A stretch of 52,142 nucleotides of DNA, counting the filler, from Dirinaria sp. TL-2023a (taxonomy: Eukaryota): the NCBI GenBank assembly GCA_051941275.1. It is 2 parts of 2 records of this genome, joined end to end, with 100 filler letters (N's around TTAATTAATTAA, not from the genome) between each part and the next. Parts side by side here need not be neighbours in the genome. Positions count along the whole stretch, not along the records: positions 26,170 to 52,142 come from JAVEBF010000166.1; 1 more part is not named here. The stretch is one strand, 5' to 3'. A program made the translations under genes and the position numbers. The notes under the pieces were generated by a model. It ran no database searches, was not told where the DNA came from, and worked only from the letters and a program-made list of their open reading frames with translations. Positions within the stretch are counted from its first letter, which is position 1. Each line of letters opens with the position of its first letter. Shown in pieces: positions 26,170 to 36,870 of the stretch.

Positions 26170-26709
26170 GCGAAAGTGCCGGAAGGAACCGCTCATTGCA
26201 TGTTATCAAATACAGAAACCGTCATAGATAGATTTTTTCAGTGGCCGCATAGCTAGTCTTGGTAGAAGACGGGCTCCGAGTGCCGAATGAGATTACCTAC
26301 CTACCTACCACATGTCCGGGTAGAGTAGAGTACAGCCCAGAATTGGTACGCACACATGCGACATCTACAAGCGCTTGGCGATAGGTTACCCCCGCTTGAA
26401 CTTGTGAGATGTAAAGTGAGATCTTACTATACTTGCTCAACCATATAAGCCTGCCCAGTTTCCAGGGTTCTAGCTCTTCCGCTATCCTACTCCACATGAA
26501 GATTCATATCGATTATGCGCAATTTCAATCTTCTTCTTTTCTAATTAAATAAGTCACTTTTTACCACATAAATGTTTCATTAGTCAGTGATCGCGGTTCA
26601 CTCCGCTTGAAGCGCGCGTATTCTTCTCTTTCATAAATTCGTCCTCAAGCACATCACCTGCTTCTGACTCGAAGCGCTGCGAGGTTTTGGCCAGAGAGAG
26701 TGAAGGCTG

Positions 26710-27539
26710 ATGGACCGGCCAGAATCTGACAATGAGGAACAAGACTCCTCAAACAACGAAAACAATGAGAGAGAGGCTACCGAGTTACATAGGTGGGAGG
26801 GCGAGCATGATAATCCTCCCACCAATCCAGCTGCTAGCTCTATGAGGCAGTCCAGATCGAAATACAAGTGCATCTGGGCCAAAACATCATTTCCGTTCAG
26901 GAAGTTCTGGAAACAGCAAGTCTGCGTGTCCGTCCCTCATGACGCTAGCCGAGATCATCTTGGTACGTATCAACCTCTCCAAGCATCATCCAAAGATACC
27001 GTGCCCCGCCTAGCGGAGTGGTCGTGAGGATTAAGTTCGAGAACGATTTCAGAATCCCCCTAGTTTCCTTAGATTCCACTCATTGAAGCTCCATGAGTAA
27101 GTGGCAAGATCCCGGTCTCTGCTGATGTGGTTGTTTTGCCTGGGAACTCGCAGCTCTCGAACGCACATATCTCGGGTACGTTCGAACATCGATGGCATTG
27201 GTGATGCTCGGTACCATTGTTGCACAATTGTTCAGACTTCAGCACACGGAAAACCCGAATCTACACATAGGGTACTTCGTTGCTGGGACACCTCTGGCAG
27301 CAGTACTCATTATCACAGGCATGGCCGTTCTCCTATTCGGTGCTTACCGGACGTGGCGTCAGCAGAACGCTATGCTGCGTGGTAAAATACATGCGGGAGG
27401 TTGGGAGATGAACGCTATAGGGGCTGTTTGCTTGCTGGTACGTGGATTTCGTAAGCTCAAAGCCCAAGTGCTAATGGTGGACTAGGTTACACTAGCTTTG
27501 TTTCTGCTTCTAGTAGTGATTGATGCTGACAAAGGATGA
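26710..27539 (+). CDS. DUF202 family small membrane protein; 3 exons
   Basis: VPHDASRDHL|ALERTYLGYVRTSMALVMLGTIVAQLFRL (RDHLAxERT motif). A further hydrophobic helix is followed by RTWRQQNAMLRGKIHAGGWE. Confidence 0.85.
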
Positions 27540-27940
27540 TTGATGCTGGCTTATTCTATGGGAATAAATACTACCGGCGCTACCAAGGAAATTGGCAAAG
27601 CCTAATTGATTGTCTTGCAACAACCCCAATTAAGGCTCCCATAAAAGTCTTCAATGCCTTTAGCAGAGGGAGTTGAGGTGTTGGTGCGTAGGCCGTTAAG
27701 CGCCGACTTTGGGCTTTGAGATCGGAGGCCAGCGAAGGGAACTCAGTACGGCGACTTTTAGAGGATACAATATGCCTTCCATGAACCTCGACTTGGCGAA
27801 ACCTGTACAGGCGCTACTCCTAGGCTTAAAGCAGCTTCTATTTGTAAGATTTCGGCATTAACGTATGCCTAATCGTACTGGTACATCCGAGATTTCGCGC
27901 CTCCAAAGCACTTTTGTTACCAGCCAAAGGGTGATTTGGG

Positions 27941-29827
27941 TCATCTTCGAGCCTCTTCATCCATTTTAGATGCCTCGACGGTGGCCGGATCACAGCATTG
28001 CTCGGATCCGTCTCCACACTCTTCCCCACAAGCTAGAAGACAGGTCTCGAGTCCGCTTCTCATGCTCGCTGCCCTGCTGTTGCTCGGCCTCGGCCCATCC
28101 AGGCCTTCATCCCTCTCACTACCTTCGCTATCACTCACTGCACGGCTTGCGTGATGATGACCTTCTACTAGACAGAACTCTGGCTGAATTGTTGATGAAG
28201 ATGAATGAATACCGTGCTTGTGGAGACGGCGCTGGACTTCTCGAGCTAATTGCATGTACCTTGACACGCCTTCGCCCTTGAAATCGAATTCGATCTGGAT
28301 GTGTAGCGACGCAACCGGCTTTGTGTCGCTAAGCTGCCAGACATGCAAATGATGACAGCTTAGCACGCCAGACAGACCTTCGATGTCGTGTCTGATCTTG
28401 TCCACATTGATGCCGGTGGGAACGGCCTGAAGAAGAATACGGGATGCAGCTTTACAAAGAGGGATTGCAGAGCCAAGGATGATGAGGGTGATTACGAGAG
28501 AGATTGCAGGATCAGAATAGTATCTCCAGGAATAATTCGTAAGCCAGATCAACAGCGCTGACAGAATTACGCCGATGTTGCCAAGCGCATCGCCCATGAC
28601 GTGTAGGAAGACGCCACGCATGTTGAGGTCGGAATGTGAATGGCTGCCAGTAGATGGTTCCTTGGGCTGAGAGTGCTTATCCAATGTATGCTGGGAGCTA
28701 CCTTGTGAAGGCGTAGGTTTCTGTTCGGAATTACTTCGATGTTGCTTTTGTTGGATGGAGCCATTGCTTTTGGGGGCCGCCAGAAGTGGCGTCGTTTCAG
28801 TTTCTTCGTCTTCATCAATGGCTTCATCACCGCTTGAGTCAGAAGCGGTGATGGATTCCAACTCGCGAGCAATAAGAGGGTGTCTGTTCAAGGAGGCGCT
28901 CGCGTGCTGACGGTGCTTTCTGGGAGCACTACCTATTTGTGATGGTCGTATTGAGAGAGGGGAAGTCGAGCCTCCGGCTGTAGTGTCGTCCTCGTCGCTT
29001 TTGGTAAAGCTTTTAGACACTGAGGTCCGTTCCCCCTGAGGGGCGTCCCCGGTCTTCGGCCACCCAGCGATTGTATTTTGGGGCAAGACGTCTGCCACAT
29101 TCCCACTTTCGTCAAGTATTGCATTGGTATGAGCGTCTCTTCCATCCACCTGCTCTACGGCTCGGGGCATCGCACGGCTGTGTCCTTCCTCCACATGAGC
29201 TGGATTCTCCGATTGCGCAGACTCGTGGCCCTTTTCATGGCTATGACCATGCTCGTGAAAGAGGAACAGACCAAGGATGTTGGAAGCAAGCCCCAAGCAA
29301 CCTACTATCAAGACTAGCTTTGGCCTCAATACCGTCTGTGGTTCCACGATTCTCTGTATGGCGTCTAAGAAGATTGACAAACAAAGTGCCACAAGAAACA
29401 CTCCATTGACAAGAGCTCCAAGTGTCTCAGCTCGTTGCCACTATCAAATTGCGTTAGCGCTCAATATTTGCATAGCACTTGGTGACCTACTCCATAGGTA
29501 TACATCTTGGAAGCCGTTTTCTGATTGGCGACCCGAACCGCCCAAAGGCCGACACATAATGAGAGAATATCATTGAGCTATCCACGGGGGTAAATGAGCT
29601 CGATTCAGCCTGCAAATAACCACGAACGCCCTTGGAGGCACGTACCATGTGGAAGGAGTCTGCCACCAGCGCAAGTGAATGTACGCTGTAACCTTTCAAG
29701 CTTTTAGCTACTCCGGCCGACATACGATACGTGTTGAGGGGCACTCACCGACTATCAGTTCTAGCAGGAAGAATGCAGTGTCTATCGCCAAAAGGATCAT
29801 AATCCTGTTCGACTTTGAGAAACCCAT
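27941..29827 (-). CDS. ZRC1: Cation diffusion facilitator, vacuolar Zn/Co transporter; 4 exons
   Basis: SLALVADSFHMLND and NMRGVFLHVMGDALG (paired HxxxD metal sites), YTYGWQRAETLGALVNGVFL, a His-rich loop, HHLHVWQL and a Cys-rich tail. Confidence 0.92.
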
Positions 29828-31253
29828 GGCTAGCACAAGCGAGACCTTGCTAGGAAATTATGGGGGAGCGCGAATGATTGAAGGGATAATCTCGCAGTGC
29901 GCTAGATTATATCAAAGCTGGCGAAGCCATGTATATGCTTCTAGAGATTTCGCTGTCATACCATAATAATGATGCCCGATTCTTGTGTCATACGCCTTAC
30001 AAATGATCGGAATTGAAATTCGGCAAAATGACAGATTCGGAAACACCAGCCACTGTGGCTAAATCCTAGCCTGACACGTGACGTATCTTATCCAGGTGTT
30101 GCTTCGCAAGCCAATCTTATCAATCCAGAGATGCTATTACATTAGGGTTGGAGCAGGGCCATCGGCTCTTGCTAAGGTACCTTACTTTAAGGTAAGCACC
30201 ATTTATACACTAAGGGGAGCTACTTTAGGTACCTTCCACCCTCTTCCATCATCTGTACCATTCGCACCTTCTACATCTATCATCGAGTCTCATGATTTCA
30301 ATACCATCTTCTTCCACCATTAGGAGTATGTGTCCTCAGTATCTGCTTTGATTATGCAGCCGCGCACGCGGGGTATGCGATCGATGGGACTCCTTCATGC
30401 AGTTGATCTCTGCTGTACATTAGAAAGCATTGGTCATGCCATCATCATCAAAAGCTCTGCAAAGTAATCTAAGGAAGTGGAGATCTACATACGTACTGCT
30501 GCAACCCAGAATCTTCATGCTCATGCAAGCAAGCGCGCATTCGTGCAGATAGCCGATTCAATGACTTGCCCGTTTCGCGCCGTAGCCAGACTAACCAACG
30601 GTGATATGTGAAAATTTACCTAGATACCGCGTTCGAAGCATGTGTTATCATGAAGATGTTAATGAGGGCTCTCATGCTAATTGAGGGCGTTACTTCATGA
30701 CTGAGGAGGTGCTCGATATTATGAGAGATCAACATGACAGACGATTTTCTCACTTATATTCGCGATCAGGTACAACGTGTGAGCAGATCTGGCGGCAGAA
30801 GGACGACGTTATGCATAGTTCTGCATTCGATATCGGCAGCGAGATGGAAACGAAGACACCAGACACAGCATCCTGAATTTGTCATGGCGCATTGTCATGC
30901 ATGTTGCTCGTATAGTATAGAAATCAAAACTGGATCTGTGGCCAGACGCATGGCTATGAAGACATGCAATGACAATTTGGCGGCTGATGTTATGATGCTT
31001 GCTCAATGCATTTGGCAATTCTTCGTGCCCTGGTATCCCGGGACGCACCAAATTTATCTTCCCCTCCCCTACACAAGTACGTATAGTAGGTGCGGATAAT
31101 GTGCCGCAACTTCGCGAAAGTTTGCGTCGATGTCATTTCAGCATTTCAGTACTCATACCTACATACTCGCGTTTGAAAGTAGAAGTGCTTATTGTCAGAA
31201 GCGCCTACGAGGATTAAATCCTCCGAGGATTTCATCTCCAGCTAACGTAGCCC

Positions 31254-34200
31254 TCACATTATCTGGAAGCATATGAGCGCGGTAGGCAAGACGCAACAGG
31301 TTTGGCACTCACCAAGCAGTTCTCTTCAACGACAATTGGGCCACCTTCGTCCTCCCCATCATCTGCATCCATTCCGCCTGACCTCGCTCTCAGCGTTGCC
31401 GCCATCCGTGCCAACATTCCTCTCTACAGAACATCAGCCGCAATTCCCTCTTCAACCTTGAAACCATGAGATCCATTCCCGAAAGGCTACCTCCACAGTC
31501 CTAATCCGTATGAAGGGGCCCTCTCTACGTACCGTAAGGAAAGCGTCTCTCATGCCGCTTTGTCTCTCGGCATCATTTTGGCTGGTGATCTGATAGCTCT
31601 CGTTCATGCGTTTGCGGCTTCGAAGGCCGTGGTGTGATTCATCGTCAGGAGCCGTTCGTTGAGCGCGACGGTGGCGTCCTGAGATAGAAGAGGAGCCAGA
31701 AGAACCACGTGGCATAGTTCCGTTAATGCCTAGTCGTGCATCTTCCTGAGCGTGGCTATCAGGAGAGAAGATCTTGATCGTATGATCTATGCCAGAAACT
31801 GCAATTACGGGCTCGTAAGGGTGGCCTAGCATAGGTTAGCGCCTATGCGCATACGGAATCCGTATAGTTCGTAAGAAGGCGCTGTTAATTGCTAACGCAC
31901 CTTGAACAACGTTCACGACCTCTCCGTCGCCCTCAAGGATGTTCACGAGCTCCGATGTATACTTGTCCTGGAAACGTATTTTAGTAAGCATTCACAGTAC
32001 CGTGTGACGAAGATCTACCCATATGAACAGGTGGCCTGAGTCGCTGCCGCTGACCACATACTCATCCTGCAGGCCAAAGAAATTGCAATCCTTCACAGTT
32101 CGCACATTGCAGTGCCCGTGATACCGCCGGGAATGCGAGTAACATGGGACGTCTGCTTCGACTGACGGTCTCATATTGCCCCGATCAGCAGCCGATTGAA
32201 ACATAAAATGACGCTCTTCGGCCGTAATGTCAGCATCCTCATCATCATCACTGTCGTAATCATCCTCGTCCGTGGACTCCTGCCCGTCGCTCTCCGGATT
32301 GTCATTTCCCGCCAACTGCTCGGTTATTTCGTCGCGTAAGTCTTCTACCGGGACTACTTCCGATGCTGAATCGGCTGCTTCCGACTCAGTAGCTGTTTCC
32401 CGAGATAATCTAAAGGTAGAGGAGCTCTCGTGCACAGGCACATCATTGTCGCCTCTACGGGTACGGCTCATTGACAATGTTTTAGAAGATTCTATGGTTG
32501 GGCTGGCACTCTCCTTTGCATTTGACTGTCGGACGACACTGACACTGTCGATGAGTTCTTCTTTCTCATCTGGGTTTATGTCTTGCTGTTCTCGGCCCTC
32601 GTCAGCTTGAGGCGTTCCAAGACCACCGAATGCGGTGTCGACGAATTGAAAGTTGACTCCTTCGCCAGCGTTTAACAGTACACCACGAGCGACCTTGAAA
32701 GCCCAAAAGTTCAGCGCTGCCGTTCTGTCTTGCGTGGCTGGCACCGGTCTAGTACCAGGATCGGCACCATGAATGTTTTCTAGTGGAGCTGGTACAACAG
32801 CTCTGGATAAGTCTTGAACAGGCATTCTGATGGCGTTGCTGAACGCAATGACTGCGCTGGATTCCGATTTGAAGGCTTTCCGACGTTCATCGACTTCAAA
32901 TCGAGAGGCATCGACGTTAGGTATTGGGGTTTCGCGCGACAATCGAAGCAGATATGGAATGAGATAGTTGTGAATATCGGAAAGAACCCCATCATTTGGA
33001 ATTGGAAGCCTGGGATCCTCATTTCGCTGATTTGACGGCCGCTTGAAAGCTTGCAGCAACGCGCGTGGGCCGCCTTCTAACCAGACACTGATTGCTTTTA
33101 GAAAATCGTAGCCGAATATCTCTCTCGGCGAAGAGTGTGGACCCTCCTGTGGAGCAGGGTTTATCTGCTCGAAAAGTTGAAGGGCAGGATGTGCTCCTCG
33201 CCCTGCAGTCTGAAGCTTGCCGCCAAGAAGACGAGAAATTGTGCCAGCAGCCTGGACAAACCTTCGAGAGGAATCTCGATTGGCACGCAAGGTTTGCTGC
33301 AGAACGACTTCTTCTTCGTCTGGATTTATAGGGTATCTCCAGTGTCTGATAATCTCGTCCATTTCTGGCAGACAAGCAGCTGCGAGGCCAAGTACTGACG
33401 TAAATGAAGCTTTATGGGCTGTCAGATTCGTTGGATTCCTGTCAATCGAGCGCTGAGATACATCTAGAGAGAATAAGTGCTGTCGAATCTTGACCAGGCT
33501 TTTAGCTATCTGCATGCTACGTTTTTGAGCTTCATTGAGCATGGATTCTCTAGCCCCCTCCAATATAGACGGTGGAGCAACCACTGGCTCGGTCATTGCT
33601 ATATCCTCACTTCGTCCACTCTCATATCGGACACGTACGGCGAGATGGCTAGCGTCGTCCGCCTGGTCTGTGGCTCGCCTTGGCCTAGGTACTTCCATTC
33701 TTGCGTCTTTGGTAGAGACCGGTGAGTCTGCCTTCTTCCGCTTCCGTTTTCTGTCTTTCGAGTCTTTGACTCTGGCTTTATGACTAAAGTTCGCGGCGGT
33801 GTCATCCTTTACGTGCTCTTCTTGCATTGCGTCAGGGGACCTGATGAGATCGAAGCTGTAAATATGCTCGCCTGACCAACTCGCGATCATTTCATTAGGG
33901 TTGGCATCGCTGATTTTGCAGGCAGTTATATGCCAATTATCCCGACGTCGTAATTTTCTTCGGCCGTTGGGGGCAAATTTCCTAACGCATTGCGTCGCTT
34001 GGTTCATGGAATCGTTTTCACGTGAGCTTGTACTTCCGGTGGGAGATACATTACCTGGCCTGCCACGCTCTGCCAGTCGATCTCGACCAAGCATCCTCCT
34101 ATCGTGCAAAAAGCAATGGAGATGCGCACCACCCAACGCAATGTAGTGTGGCTGACTGCCCGAACAGGAAATCGTGTTGAGATCGAGATTGAACTTCTTG

Positions 34201-35095
34201 TATGATATCAGGGGTGGAGGTACGTTAGAGCTATCGTGGCGTGCCCTCCGAGCGAACAGACCACGACCACCCCGCGGAGCTGGATACGCGGAAGATGGTA
34301 ATCGTAGGTCGAATTGCCTAACCTGTCATGTGCCTCAGTGTCCGCTTCTCTAATTCATTTTGATATAAGTATTCTTTAAAAGCAGGTAAATAGAAAAATT
34401 CTAGATGGTCAAGGACTTTTGAAATCGCCGCAAATAAAGAATGATGCTGACCTCGCCATCTTCGGAGCACGTAAGGAAGACGTTAGGAGATGACTCCGTC
34501 ACAATCCTTTTTACACGATCGGCGTGGGACCTGTAGACTCTCGCATTTGTGTTGCCGTCGCTCAAGTACCTCACTCCGTCGAATAGATTGCTGAATCGCT
34601 GGCCGCGGACGGAGGAAGCCAGGCCCGAGCGTTCTGATGGAGTCGAGGTGTCGCCGCTATATTCAATATCGAAAACCCTAACTTCGGCATCCCCTGCACA
34701 GGTAATCAAGGTTTTGTCATTCGAGTGGGGCATGAACTTGACAGAGAAGATATTCTGAGTATGGCCTGTTGATACCGTAGTAGTGAGTGCGAAAGGAGAG
34801 TTGGATGACTCCGGTTGGTAAGAGTGGACATTCAGATGCTGGTCATCACTCCCGGACGCCAGAAGCCTGCCTGAGGTCGACCAACTACATTCAAAGGTCA
34901 GTAAGCTACGTCAGCTTTTGATGCCGATTGGACTTGCCTAAGGGCATTAACGCATCCTGAATGCCCACCCAGCTCGCAGACTATGTCTAGCTCATCAACC
35001 CAAGCTCTGTCCCCATAAAGGCCACCAATACTAGAAGCCCTTGAGCCAGTCCCGATTTCTCGCCTGAGAAGGCGGCTATGGACTGAAGGTTTCAT
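31254..35095 (-). CDS. WD40-repeat protein of the DCAF8/WDR42A/DCAF6 family; multi-exon, predicted C-terminal CaaX (CLIM)
   Basis: ELGGHSGCVNAL, ASGSDDQHL, TGHTQNIFSVKFMP, HADRVKRI, FLTCSEDGEV, YHGHCNVRTVKDCNFFG...YVVSGSDSGHLFIW and HPYEPVIAVSGIDHTIKIFSP. Confidence 0.85.
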
Positions 35096-35771
35096 GGCAG
35101 AGGACTTCCTTTACCACACATCACTGAGATTTGAAGATTTGAACGAACAGTGGCAAGCCTTGCGGAGATGACGTGATGGGTGCACATAACTCCTGCATTG
35201 TATTCATGCGCCTCACAGTGGACTGAGATGAACCGCACTTGTTCGGGGAGAAGTTGAATCCTTTTAGTCGCGGCTTTGGTGAAAGATGGTATGTATGCGA
35301 CGAAGTACACGCACAGAAACGATCATCAAAGATATGACGATGCTTTGGGTGCGGCAAAATTCCGCTATCTGGAAAGTGCTACATGACCTGCATCCTGCTA
35401 CGCAATATGAAAGTAGCGGAAGAAGCGGACCGGTGCTCTATGTATTAATCCAAATCTAGAAAACTTGACCGAGTGTATCATAGATCAAAATGAGTCCTTT
35501 GATTGCTGCTTTAGCTTACATTGAGCAGTATCTTACGGAGCAAGTTCAGCTATCGAATCAATCACAGAATACCTACAATAATATTGAATAGAGTTGGGGC
35601 ACCTTTGACGCTCGCATTCAGCGTATTAGATCGCTTTCTAACTTGATGTTCTTGATCGAGACTGCAATGTGCTCACATAGCGTTGATCTCGCTGTAAATG
35701 CTCTGGCAGGAGCGGAAGACGGAAAGATTGGTAAAAGGCGTTCACGAATACCGATGCTTACCCTCGAATGA

Positions 35772-36398
35772 TCATTGCTGAGGAATGCTTTCCTTCGAAT
35801 CCTTCTCTTTACTCCTTTCTACTTCAGCAAGGAATGCTGAAGCCTTCTTCCACAATTCCGCTTCCATCTCCTTCTCCACGTTGTCGTTCCGACTATTGAG
35901 CCAACCAACGTCAAGATTACCAAGGCCACCATTTATGACGTCGCTTCTGATGCTACCTGGTGGTTTAGCCCCTGCTCCTGCTCCTGCTCCTGCACTGGAG
36001 GCCGGTAACGGATCTGAATCTACTTGATTTTCTCTGACCGCGGCTTCGATCGGAAGAATATCGGCCTCCTCAAGCGCATGGATTTGTTGCCGAAGTTCGA
36101 TGTCGATCGAAGACAACAAGTCGAAGTACTGAGTTGTAGCTTCTGTGAATTCCTTCTTCTGGATTTGTGTGGATGGAAGCTCTTGAGACTCATTGCCACG
36201 CTCCAAGGATGAGGGTTTTGTGAGAGCTTTCACTGCCAAGCCAGCGCATTGGAGGAGTTTGGCAACATTCTGTCAGACCATAAGTTTTGAAAGTCCAGAT
36301 TAGCCAGCCAGCTGCATTGGGAATACCTGGTCGATGCCATTGAGCTGCTTTATATGGTCAGTGTGTGTTAAGACTGCTTCCTCAGAATGTGCCGCCAT
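35772..36398 (-). CDS. MED11: Mediator subunit Med11; 2 exons
   Basis: HIKQLNGIDQ|NVAKLLQCAGLAVKALT...FTEATTQYFDLLSSIDIELRQQIHALEEA...LGNLDVGWLNSRNDNVEKEMEAELW matches the fungal Med11 pattern. Confidence 0.85.
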
Positions 36399-36870
36399 TG
36401 TGGCTGTTCAAAGTGTGAGTTTTATAAGATGGCCATGGTTCGCATCCATGATAACAGAAAATACAGCTGTTGTTCATGTGATGTGACACGCTTAAATTGT
36501 GTTGAATTAACTTAGAAGATTGACTGTGATGGTGAGAGCAAATACTGTGCATACAATAATACTGTATGCCAAGCTTTTTTTTTTTCAATACTTAGGTAAT
36601 ATCAAATGAGCCTCAGATAAGGCTGAACATTGAATCCCATTTCGGTTAAGACTCCCGTCCGAAGTCACTCAAGTTGAAACCACAGCATGCCCATGTATCT
36701 TGCATATCAAGTAAATACCTGCCTACCCTGAGGACCTGATTCCAAGCTGCAATCCGGAAGTCACGATAGCTCTGATGAGCAGTATGCACCGGCGTTTTAT
36801 GTCAGCGATTTTTCCATTTTTGGGGCTTCCTTCCTGCCTACCATTCATTTAGATACCCTCAATTCTAAGA

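Noticed and set aside
30734..31217. ORFs between ZRC1 and the WD40 gene
   Set aside because: Composition is not protein-like; probably the WD40 3' UTR or intergenic DNA.
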